Below the pieces are notes generated by a model that worked only from the letters and a program-made list of their open reading frames with translations, searched no databases and had not been told where the DNA came from. Of a DNA stretch of 64,000 nucleotides, positions 52,986 to 63,542 are shown in pieces. The stretch is from Phoronis australis (lineage: Eukaryota; Animalia; Phoronida): positions 35,197-99,196 of the forward strand of contig NMRA01000920.1 of NCBI GenBank assembly GCA_002633005.1. Direction: 5' to 3'. Every line of letters starts with the position of its first letter. Positions within the stretch are counted from its first letter, which is position 1. Made by a program: the position numbers and the translations under genes.

Positions 52986-53202
52986 GTTTCCATTATGGTG
53001 CAGTTAGCGCACTGACACCATGAGACGGTTTTCGGTACTATCCATGTGCTCCATTGTTTGTGCACGTTCACGGCGCCTCTCTAATACTTCTTGATCAGTG
53101 TACTCTAGCTGGTTCGAACTGATATCCTGAGAAAACTAACGATCTCCCTGGGAAGTCTTCGTCAGATGAATACTCCTCCAAGTCGGGATTGCGAGTTGCC
53201 AT
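52980..53202 (-). pseudogene. KolX / P2X7 C-terminal (ballast)-like protein, N-terminal fragment
   Basis: MATRNPDLEEYSSDEDFPGRSLVFSGYQFEP... and, after a frameshift, SWCQCANCTIMET (YxFEP ... WCxCxxC..M.T pattern). Confidence 0.65.
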
Positions 53203-53751
53203 GTTGACGTTTATTAATTACTAAGCGTTCTGTTTCAAAATGAATTATTCTCACCCTAACCAATACTTAAAACTGAAAGAAAGTGTGCCCCATTAGATGC
53301 AATTTGTAATGCCTTTGGAGTGTTCGTGAGTGCAAATGGTTTGAGAAGCCAGCAATGAATAAATCACTGCGTTACCGGCTTTATTTGCAATAAAACTAAT
53401 TTGACCGGACACCGAGGCCGTGTGAGCGCAAGCAATTCAGTGTTTGCTGACAGAATCTGTTGTGAAACAATAACTCGATATTTCATCCCACGGCCAGGTG
53501 TTAGGTGAATCTTTATTTACTTATACATTATTCAAATAATGATTGTCAATGTACAACTTCTGCCCTGGCGGTTCTGTGGCCAAACGGGAACCTGAATTCA
53601 CGGCCCCCGACGAGTAGGCCTTAGTAGATTTGCAGTTTCGTGGCTTCATCAAAATAATCACGTGCACATTACTTCTTTAGCTCACTAGTATTGTATTTTC
53701 TTGACTTCAAGCTTAGTTTCCCAGTTTGGCTGGTTAATGTTCGTGATGTCT

Positions 53752-53863
53752 TCAGTCCGGTCGCGACGGGCCTGATTGGGTTCCGAGCCACTGGCCGGGA
53801 TAACGAGTCAGTCCGGCCGCGACGGGCCTGATCGGGTTCCGAGACACTGGCCGGGATAACAAG
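53752..53863 (+). repeat. 56-bp tandem duplication
   Basis: tcagtccggtcgcgacgggcctgattgggttccgagccactggccgggataac occurs twice with about 3 mismatches. Confidence 0.9.
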
Positions 53864-54617
53864 CGTTTTTTGTGTTTAGAACTAAAAAACACAAGTCTAA
53901 ACAACACAGATCTAGGTCCTACTGTCTGTATTTCACGAAAAATACTTAGAATTTATCTCCGAACAGAACACGAACTCCTGATACGGACCTAAGTTGGTAA
54001 ATTGGACTGCCGAAATTTGTTGGCTACGGTGTGTCCAAATACCAATAAATCCGTAACAGTGAAATAAGACAACACGTTTTTATAAGAACTCTGTGTATTT
54101 TAAAGGGTTTTACATCGAAGTTTGATCATTTATTGGTGTTAAACGATGAATTCAAGCGATAAGCTGACACCAGTTACCCGTGTTGTGAACTGCTGAACAG
54201 ACTGCGTATGAAACCGATGACGTCAGTGGAAAATTTCATCACCTCCGTCTGCCGTCAGGTGTCAGGTAACGCAACCGTACGTGCCGCTATCGAGGAGAAC
54301 TACTCGATCTAAATTGATACAAATTAGGTTGTTTTTTGGGTGGCATGCTCCTTTAAGTCGATTTGCCGAAGCCGAGAAAAAGCCAATTAAACTTGGACGA
54401 GTGAAAATCTCAAAGTCTTCAGTTAATTATTCGGTGAAAATTTATTTTCGGTTAATATTACCTATACGTGCCTTAACCATGTTCACTATGTCAACATTCA
54501 CTAGCAACGTCAATTGAATTTACAGTGCGTAATTGACTTAATTATCGTTAAAACGTACTGTACCCAGCCACGATGTGGGATTAACTGTTACTGTTCATTG
54601 ATATTAACAGTCTGCAC

Positions 54618-54805
54618 AGTAGTATAGTAAGTCATTTAGCACGCCTGTTTTGAGGCTCCTCGGTCAAAGGTCATCAAGGTCAAAGGTCAAGGTCACCCAG
54701 GTCAAGGTCACCAAGGTCAAAGGTCACCAAGGTCAAGGTCATCTGTGTGAAAGGTCAAGGTCATCTATGTGAAAGGTCAAAGGTCACGTGTAATAACGGC
54801 AATCN
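54618..54805 (+). repeat. Orphan copy of the Polinton terminus with expanded AGGTCA array
   Basis: agtagtatagtaagtcatttag.acgcctgttttgagg...aaggtcacgtgta.taacggcaatc is nearly identical to 57159-57254, in direct orientation; ends at the single N at 54806. Confidence 0.85.
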
Positions 54806-55298
54806 ATTCAAATTCCTTCCAATTTTCTGCCATATCCCCCTGAAGCACTAATGGTGATGGTGATGGGATGTGGTAAGTTGCAATGATCGTATTTTTGCAA
54901 TTAGGTTCACAAAACCATTGCCACCATGTAGTATGTGCTACTTAACTTAAAACAATATGGAGGTCAAGAGGTCTTTATTAAGTATAGGGGGCAGCACTAT
55001 GCTTTACAATGCATTTGAAGTAAGTACAAGAAATAGGAAACCACACAGGGGAGGTTTATCAAAGTCAGCTAATACAACAACATCCTTGGGTATGTGTCAA
55101 GTCCCTTCCCCTGAAGAAGGACACTGTGATGACCGAATGTACCAACTAAAACGATCACATTTACTATACGTATATATTTATTAAGTGCAACTATGAGTAC
55201 ACATACGTTTTGGCCAACAGCCAGACCCAAACTGGACCACGAGGTCTCTAACAACTAGACTAGATGGAAGAAACGCCCACTATAAACTAAGACAGTTA

Positions 55299-56330
55299 TC
55301 ACAGACACTCAAATTGATAGCCATCTCTCTTTGTCCTGTCGCTGCACAAAATACAGTCTGGTCTGTGTTTGACATCTGCATAACGAGCAGCAAAATGACG
55401 ACCAATCAACCTGTCAGGCTTACTGACCGACAAATCCCAGCCTTGGAGTAACCCATGTATTACTTTCTCACGAAACGACACTACATCCAACTGCTTTTGA
55501 CCTTCGTGTAATGATTTGCAATAAACTATGCAGGCATTAACTAACATAACTTGCCGGAGAAAATGGTTATGTACCACTTCGCATATTTATGGGGATAATT
55601 ATAGAGTTCCAGCCAAGACGTCGACATCAAGCTCATCTGCGACAACAGCATCTAGATGCAAGGACCTATCATTCCGAGAAAGATTAATGTGAGTCTCACC
55701 CACGACATCAAGCGGTGTTCTCCCATCTGCCTGAAAAGGCTTACAGTTTGTCCTTTTCAAAGGCAAGCTAAGTTGCTTAGCAAAGGAACTTCTAATCATG
55801 CTCGACTCAGCACCGGTATCTAAGGTGAGAACTACCGGATGGTGTTTGTACAAGGCCTTCAGATCTGGTGACAGCTTGGTGCTATCATAGCGAGATGTGA
55901 CACCCAAGCTTGGAGGGCCTTGTGCGTGAAAAAAAGCGTCTTGACTTTTATCATCGATTTATCGATACACAGTTCTTTCTCAGGGGAATATCGGTGAGGT
56001 ACCTGTCATTTGTAATATTGATCTAAGGGCGTATCTTGAACAAGGGATCATAGCCATCTTGACCCCTTGGTACCCGTAAGTTGTTATCATTGAAATGAAG
56101 AAACTCATTCAGTAACTGGTATCCGTTCCTTGGCATCACCTCGTGGAATGTAGTCGTTGTCAACCAATATGATCCCCAGTAGTCAGCCATATCAGGCGTT
56201 GCGTTTAAACCCATAGCAATCTGCAAAGCAACATAAGCTTGCATTTCCTTTATCAATGTTGCTGTCCATTTTCTAAAGTGCGAGTAAACTGGTGTGGCAT
56301 GACGGTGGTAGTAGTGTGGTGATCGTTCGT
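55299..56330 (-). mobile_element. piggyBac (PGBD / DDE_Tnp_1_7) transposase relic
   Basis: WTATLIKEMQAYVALQIAMGL...DYW...VMPRNGYQLLNEFLHFNDN...YDPLFKIRP, ELCIDKSMIK; C-terminus MLVNACIVY...FREKVIHGLL...RLIGRHF...CILC. Confidence 0.88.
55599..55907 (-). pseudogene. Retroviral-type (Ty3/Gypsy) aspartic protease fragment
   Basis: VVLTLDTGAESSMI...QADGRTPLDVVGE...VADELDVDVLAG (DTGA active site, ILG-like C-terminal motif). Confidence 0.85.
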
Positions 56331-56859
56331 GTAAAGAGCAGCGTTGGGTTGCTTTTATTTCACACACACACACACTTGGTGGGCCTCGTGGACGAGTCGA
56401 GTCTGACAAGTCTGGCTATCGAGTGAGTTCGGCAGTTGGTGTTTAACTGCACTTCGTCGATGAGGTCAGAGTTTAAATATACATCTGAATTCAGATCCAT
56501 CTGTTCTTAGTCTCAGAATTATCATGACTATCAGATACAGCGAATTCGAGATACTTCAGATTAATAAACTTACATATATGTATGTCACGATAAATAGATC
56601 TTGCATAACTTTTGCTGACCCAGCCTCAACTTTCTCATGGCACCCAGGGGAGGTCCCTGGCGTGGCACCCTGATGCGTATTCCACACAGATGCAGTGTGA
56701 TGATTAGACACGAAGCAAGCATTCCAGCTGCTGGAGTACTGTACTTGCCGAGGAGATGAGACTCGCTAATGTCGAGCCCGGTCCAGCAAATATATTAATT
56801 CGCAAAACATTTAATTGAAATCATGACGTGATTGTGTCATGGTGACAGGTAGAAAGTTA

Positions 56860-57050
56860 GACACGTCGAGTTTTACGGAAAAAAAAAGTGTTTTTACGGT
56901 TCAAATTCTACACTCATCTCAGATTGATGACATGGGCAAAACCTCCTGGAAATTTCATCAAAATCCCTTGGCAAGCCTCGGGATTTAAATGAAATTTCCA
57001 AGAAGTTTTGCTCGTGTCATCAACATGAGACTCATGTAGGATTCTCTATT
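56860..57050 (+). repeat. Hairpin-ended dispersed repeat, copy 2
   Basis: Similar to 37100-37290; stem ggaaatttcat...atgaaatttcc around cttggcaagcctcgg. Confidence 0.6.
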
Positions 57051-57723
57051 CTTGTATTTTTACACACAAACATGCTTAGGAATATTAGCAGAACTGGCCA
57101 ATAGGACACCTACAGTAGTTCTCAAAACAAACTGCAACTAAATATCCAGAACATACTTAGTAGTATAGTAAGTCATTTAGGACGCCTGTTTTGAGGGTCT
57201 CGGTCAAAGGTCATCTATGTCAAAGGTCAAAGGTCACGTGTACTAACGGCAATCGGAAGGGACACCATCCACCTACCGGACGGATGTGTCAATGACGTCA
57301 CGCCTCATGACGTAATAGGTTTAATTGGACCCGTTAGAGAGGCACCTCGATGCCCGTTTTGCTGCTCCTAGCAACGGATCGAGAATCGAAACAAAAGAGG
57401 GATGCTAAACCTTATTTAGTGTGCGCCGAGTGTCGTCGTTGTATATTGTGTGTTCTGTCTTATCAAAAACAAAAGGCGTATACCAAAGGGGATAACCACC
57501 CAACCCAACAACAGATGTCGCGTAAAGTCTAACCCAGGACCCGACCGTACTAAGCGAATCGTACTCGTAATAATAAGAAGCGACCAGCTAACGCAGAACA
57601 TAAAACCGATATCGTTTAAACGTGTATTAATGACAAACCAACACTACAAAAATCGTCATTCGAATATAAAATCATCCAGACTTTCAGAAAAGTAGTCTAT
57701 AGCAAACTGATCAAATGTCCGAA

Positions 57724-59467
57724 TTAAATGTTCAAAGATCCAGTGGTGACGCTGTCGTCGAACACTTGTCGTTTGGGATAAAAGTAGGTGAACGCGCACC
57801 TCTCTTGCAGGTAGGTATACATAGTGTTGTCACCGCCTAACCGGAATCTTTTGTTGAGGGCCGAGCTACTCTTTGTGGTCTGTAATACTTTGAGATACCT
57901 CGCCTTGTCGATTGCATTTCTTTGTCTTTGCACTCCTTTACAGCTAAAATGGGATTGACCGTCGTCCGCCCCCACGTAATAGGTTTTAGAGCAAAGGGCG
58001 ATGCAGTAGTCCCCTTCAAATTCCAGTTTCAATAAGCCGGGTGTGCACGTGTCGTAAGCTTCGTTTTCTTCCGTGTCTGTTCGCGGGAACCAAAGATGTT
58101 TTTCCCTCTCGAAAGCTGCTCGCATGTCTGGTTTTATTACGTCCTCAAGGCAGTTACCGGATATAGCCATGTACGCCGAGTCTGTGTCCATTTCGCAATA
58201 TTCGAAGTCGGATCTGTCGACGAATCTTAACATGAAGTCGTAGTAAAACTCCAACATACGCAACTTTGTGTATTGATAAACGAAAAAGCCTATTTGAAGC
58301 GGTAGGTTCAGGCGGATGGTCTTCTTTTTCATCTCCAACTCGTAGGTTTCGTCCCCGATGTAGTTGACGTGTCTAAATTCCGGGAATTGGACTTCCCGTT
58401 GAGCCTTAGCCTCTCCGCAATACTTTACGTCACGATGTCTTTCTTGATTCGTTACCGTCTTACCATACGCGCTGTTCCCTATGAGTTTCATCGTCTGCGC
58501 CACGATCGCTTTGTTTTTATCTTTGTCCCCTTCCCGCCTAGCGTCGCTGACTTCCTCACCAAAACGCTCGAAGCATTTTACGGGAGCAAATTCGACCACT
58601 TGATAGACGTTTGTTATCTCCAGGCCGTGTTCCAAGTACCATTTCAGAAGCGGGGTCGCCAACAAAATTTTTTTACCGAAGAAACTTCCTACCAGAGATC
58701 GTCGTGGTCGGCTCATGATTTTGTTTTTCTCGGCATACTCCCGCATAAATTCTCCTAGGTCGTCTCTGGTGATGTCTATGTTCTTGAATATAGGCTGCAT
58801 TTCTGAAAAGTGCTCTCTCAAATGGCTCGGGACTTCGATGTCACACTCCACAGCCCTGAACAGAGTATCGTCTAGAACGACGATTTTATTTGTTCGCTCG
58901 TCAAGCGGTAGCAACGTTCCGTGGACAACTCTCGTCTTCTCAGAAAAGAACGTAGGATATCGTCTTGAAGTTTCAAATCCTCAAATTGGCATTCCCAAAT
59001 CTCTTCGTAATCAAAGCCTTGACATATTATGTAATCTCTAATTTTTTGGTGTTTTCCTTAAGCTCACTCATGGCGACGTTTCGGGTTTCGTTCCTCGTCC
59101 TCGGAGTCCCGTCATCGTTTTTCGTGAGACGACAGTCGTGGCCGTGCCAGTAACATCCTTGGAATTGGAACACTTTGTGCGACTGACGACAGAAACCGTC
59201 CACCGGAATACGACGCTGACCCACCCTTTTTTCAACCCCGTTGAACTGATGTCGGATACTAATTCCTCGTTGCCATGCTACGTAATCCAACCAAGCCGTT
59301 GCCTCCTAGGGTGGGAAAATTCTCGTCGGAAATTATTTTCTTGCATACGTTCATGATGCTACGAAGGGAAAGAGCATTTACGTCGAAACCCAGAATTTTT
59401 GACACCGTCTTTGGTATTTTTCCCGCTTTCTCCATCTCCCTCTGGCGTATACACGTCTTTCCCTTTT
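57724..59467 (-). pseudogene. Protein-primed DNA polymerase B, C-terminal part (frameshifted copy)
   Basis: KLIGNSAYGK (motif B), CEMDTDSAYM (motif C), PGLLKLE, LCSKTY, SCKGV; Vsr-like insert VDGF...FQFQGCYWHGH...EIWECQF; frameshifts near 59305, 59045 and 58875. Confidence 0.92.
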
Positions 59468-59468
59468 N

Positions 59469-62008
59469 GGGTGGGAAAATTCTCGTTGGAAATTATTTTC
59501 TTGCCTACGACGAATAAACGGTCCGGTCGGTTGCTCGTTCATGAAGCTACGAAGGTAAAGAGCATTTACGTCGAAACCCAGAATCTTTGACACCGTCTTT
59601 GGTATTTTTCCCGCTTTCTCCATCTCCCTCTGGCGTATAAACGTCTTTCCCTTTTCGTGGTATCTGTGGAAAACAATACTAGGACCCCCGACGATATTCT
59701 GTTTAAAGGTATAGTACAAGTCTTTGTGTTTTTCTTCAAAGAGCGTAAAGAATACGTTACCGACATTTTTGAAGAGAATCTTCATCGTCAGTCCGGGTAC
59801 GCTTATGCCGTCCTTGAAGAGGTCGACGCCCTTTTCCCTGTAGAATGCCGCCATGGTATCGACGGCTTCCAGCATGGGTCCGGTGTCTTTGTTATTGTAC
59901 CATACCAAAAAATCTTTCAGACTCTTCATGTTGTTGTCTTTCCACGCCCTCTGACAGAGGGCGTAATCGTCGTCGTTTATCCCCTCCCCTTTCAAAGTGC
60001 TGTAAAAAGCCGTTTGTGGTGGTAGAACCGTTTCCTCTAATTTACCCAAGTTGTCTACGTACTCGTAGGGAAAGAAACCTTTCTCTTCCGTCGTCTCGTA
60101 CGCCTTCAAAAATTTTGCGTAGCTACAACCAGGGGCCAAGTAATTAACAATGTCAAGAAATTTAAGTTGGTCCGTTGTTAAGCACATAAAATTATTGTTG
60201 CGCTTAATCACGAACCTCAATTCTTGCATGGATAAAAGTATTGGAAAAAATTGCTTCTTCATCGTATTCAGGTCGTAATTTCCCGAATTGAAACCAACCG
60301 TCGGCATCTGTTTGAGGTAACGATCAAACTCGGCGGCCAGGTCTAGAAGGAAGTGACGAGTAGGTTTATCTTCGGTTTCCCCGTCTTCGTCAACGTCATC
60401 CACCTCGGTGTTGTCTTTCACATCCGCACGAACCCTCTCTTCAATTTCTTCAAACACCCACGCAAACTTCTCTCTGAGTAGGCGGTATGCCTGGTCACTA
60501 ACAATGACAAGATGTTGAATCATTTTTCTCACCACTTCTTTGGGGTCACCGTTAGATACAAAACACTTCGGATCTTCAAACCCGTCGACGTTACTGGCCA
60601 CAGAAACGCTCATGATCTCGTGTTCTCTCTCCCAGGTTAGTTTAGGACCTCCGACTTTTTCCGTTGGTTTCATAAACGTCTCTATGTCAAACGCCGCCCT
60701 GTAGGGGTAGTATCGATCGCTTTCGGGAACGACGTATCCCTCTTCTTCCAGTTTTTCGAACACTGTGAGTGGCGTTGCGTACGCTTTACCAGGAAAAACC
60801 TGTCTCACGCTCTTATCGCACGTTTGTTGGTGTCTGGAGACTTTCGACGCCGTACTCCAAAAAGAGCCACAGAGATTACATTGGTAAGACCTACAATATT
60901 TTTTGATGTCGTGAATGTACGAAAAGTGGTCTTCGTACAAGTTTAGAAAAAGATCGTCGTCAAATTGGCGATGGGGTCGACAAAGCAAGCGAGCCGTGAC
61001 ACCGTCTTCGAATTCTTCCAACTCGTACACGTAAATTCTAATTTGGAATACGTTTTGCATTTCCGGAACATCGTCCAGGAAAACACCTTGGAACTGATTG
61101 GATGGAAGACCCTTGTGACGTCGATATTGCTCGAAAAGTTGTTTGGTCAACTGCTCTAAGCCCCTCTGAGACTGCAGTCGATGAGCGGCCAGACAGCGAA
61201 AGAAACACAACCGATCGTCGTGTTTCCCGTTTCCGTCGCTTGTCAGCGTCCACATACCTTTATTACGTGCAAGGTACGGTGGAAGCGAAACGGGTGCGCC
61301 GATGGGGTGACCAATCATGTGCGTTGCGTAAACAGTTATGTTTGTAACCAGTTCAACGATCCACCTCGACGTGGGTCGTCGTTGTCTCACCAATTCGAGA
61401 ACGTCCAGGTCCCCTAGAATGGAAAATAACGCGTCCAGATCTCGTTCTCGCCTCACGACAAGGGGCTCATCCATGAACGCGTTATTGTTCAAACTAGAGT
61501 GGAAATACCGGAGTTCATTGTCCTCTTGGTTTCTCAAAATGAATCCGTAAGAAAAATTTATTTTGAATGCAACAGTCTGTTGTCTAAATACCCTCAGCAG
61601 GTCTTCTTGTAGGTTTTCGGGATTCAACCCTTGCAATCTAAAGTTGTAAATATCTTGCAGCCTTCTTCTCACGGTTGCTCTAGTACGTATCGCCGACCAG
61701 TTGTCCCGATAGACGGCAGCCATATTGGGATCGATGTTTTCGGGGATTTGTGGTGCGTTTGGATCTTCAGCGATCACGTTATTTCCTGGCGATGACGCCG
61801 CGCTGAAGGTAGGGCTGTGGTGAGGGCCGTGTCGGGGGACGTCATGCAGATTTTGACCGCATCGGTGTCTTGCGAAATTATCCCTTCGGCTGAAGGTCCT
61901 ACCACAAAATTGGCACTCGTGCCTTCCCCCGTGAACCCTTTGTTGATGTCGTTGCAGGCCTCGGGGAGTAGGAAACGTCTTTCCACAAATATTGCATTGT
62001 TCTTTCAT
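59469..62008 (-). CDS. Protein-primed DNA polymerase B, N-terminal part (zinc fingers, terminal-protein/OTU-like region, exonuclease, motif A)
   Basis: Uninterrupted frame; AAFDIET (Exo I), GFNSGNYD (Exo II), YNNKD (Exo III), IVGGPSIVF, GFDVNALY (motif A). Start set at MKEQC (62008), just after the acceptor atgttttcag; the ORF track extends to 62167. Confidence 0.93.
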
Positions 62009-62515
62009 GGCTGAAAACATAGATAAAGTAATAAATATATCAATAAAATAAATGTCAATCTGAATCCGAATTTCATAAAGCAAACACTCAGACATTGTTC
62101 CGTAAAGATCGCCCGCTCTCTCATTGTCACCGTCTATGAGGTGGTTGTAAACATAAGCCGCGTTCATTTCTAAAAACCAAGATGTCTCAATCAGATAACG
62201 ATCGGCTCTATAATAGTTACATTGTTATACATATCGTTTAAGGTGTCTCATTAACCATCATATACATTTGTGCGGAAAGCAATTTCTTTCATACCGCTCT
62301 AAATAAAGCAATACGCGGAGTACTCTATATTTTTCTTCCAACACGTCGTTGATTCTGTGATTTTTACCGTCTCGTTGGTGGGAGCAAGCGAGTCATGTTG
62401 CATGCCATTGCGTAAAGTCACTAACCTGTCGTGTGCCTTTTTTCGTCTCGATTGGGTTACATGTTGTTTTCGGGTGATCTCCGCTTCTACAGACGGTTTG
62501 ATTTACTGAAATTAA

Positions 62516-62911
62516 CAAAACGTAACCCTTTAAATACACGAACGAAAAACCGGTCTAAACCGGTTCCTGTAACATTATCGCAAGCCGCGTGATTGGTCAG
62601 CGTTTAAGTATTATAAAACGAGAGTTTCCTGTGATACGGTACCATACTCTCACCTACCTGATCACGTCAGCAGTCAAGTGGTTTCCGATTCGTCTTGGCC
62701 TTCGTTCTGGTGTACCCACGTACGATCTTGACCTTGGATCGAAGTCCTTCTCTAACCGGTCAGTTACACCTACGGCGTTAGTCGGTTTGAAGTGCTGAAA
62801 TGGACAAAACGCAACCCTTAAATACACGAACGAAAAACCGGTTTAAACCGGTTCGCATCGCAAATGACAGCGTGTGATTGGTCAGTATTTAGGTATTGCG
62901 AAACGAGAGTT
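62516..62911. repeat. Two ~110-bp direct repeats in the PolB/PC4 divergent intergenic region
   Basis: acaaaacg.aaccctt.aaatacacgaacgaaaaaccggt.taaaccggttc...gtgattggtcag...aaacgagagttt at about 62516-62627 and 62804-62911. Confidence 0.85.
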
Positions 62912-63107
62912 TTCGTTTGTCGGGTCTGCCCAGACGTGCCCGAACGTGTCTGAAGTAACCCTATCGGTCTACACCGATTAGACTCACGTGATCTCAAATG
63001 CTAACACGTGATTGGTTAATATTTGCGAACTAAATTTCGAGTGATGTCGCGTGTTGGGCCTGCCCAAACCTGCCCGAACGTGTCTACAACGCCTGGGTAG
63101 AAGTGCC

Positions 63108-63141
63108 TATAAATGGAGCGACTCTGTGTTTCAAATCATTC
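63108..63141 (+). promoter_or_regulatory. TATA box and initiator of the PC4-like gene
   Basis: TATAAAT at 63108; TCATTC Inr with the A at 63138, 30 nt downstream; AATAAA at 63722 after the ORF. Confidence 0.7.
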
Positions 63142-63173
63142 GACGATATTTTCACAGAACGGAACACACCAAA

Positions 63174-63542
63174 ATGGAACAGACTAAAATGCATCCACTT
63201 GGCAGGAACATATTTGTAACCGTGCAGGACTTCAAGGGTCGTAAAGTGGTACATATTCGACGTTACGACGAAGACAACGCTCGACCGGGCGTACTTTTCC
63301 CGACAAAGACTGGAATCTGTCTCACTGAAGGTGAATACGAGAAACTCAAGGGATTCATTGAGATCGTGAACGAAGACCTGAAAAAAATTAAAGAAAAAAC
63401 CATTGTGCCTACCAAGAAACGTAAAACGACCGCTCCTCCAAACCTACCGGTTTTGAACCCAGCGCAAGGAGCAGAGAACAAATGCGCGTTTGAAATACGG
63501 AATTGGACTGACAACGCTACCGACAGCCAAGAACTCTTTTGA
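63174..63542 (+). CDS. PC4/Sub1-family ssDNA-binding protein
   Basis: HPLGRNIFVTVQDFKGRKVVHIRRY...PTKTGICLTEGEYEKLK matches PC4 (V.V..FKG...IDIRE....P.KKGISL); basic NLS-like TKKRK; ATG in aaaATGG context. Confidence 0.88.
   Translation: MEQTKMHPLGRNIFVTVQDFKGRKVVHIRRYDEDNARPGVLFPTKTGICLTEGEYEKLKGFIEIVNEDLKKIKEKTIVPTKKRKTTAPPNLPVLNPAQGAENKCAFEIRNWTDNATDSQELF

Larger units (their letters stand above)
52481..54352. mobile_element. Non-autonomous Kolobok-type DNA transposon
   Basis: TTAA at 52477-52480 and 54353-54356; TIRs aggctaatgccaccc / gggtggcatgctcct; contains convergent THAP and KolX-like 5' fragments. Confidence 0.75.

Noticed and set aside
55000-55150. Penelope 3' end with hammerhead-like ctgaaga...cgaa
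   Set aside because: Core is incomplete (no GAAA or clear stems); too degraded to call.
54618-57254. The two AGTAGT termini as the paired TIRs or LTRs of one element
   Set aside because: They are in direct rather than inverted orientation, the first ends at a contig-join N, and there are no TG...CA LTR ends.
59378-59467. C-terminal 30 aa of the 929-aa ORF
   Set aside because: Out-of-frame read-through across the N into the duplicated segment.
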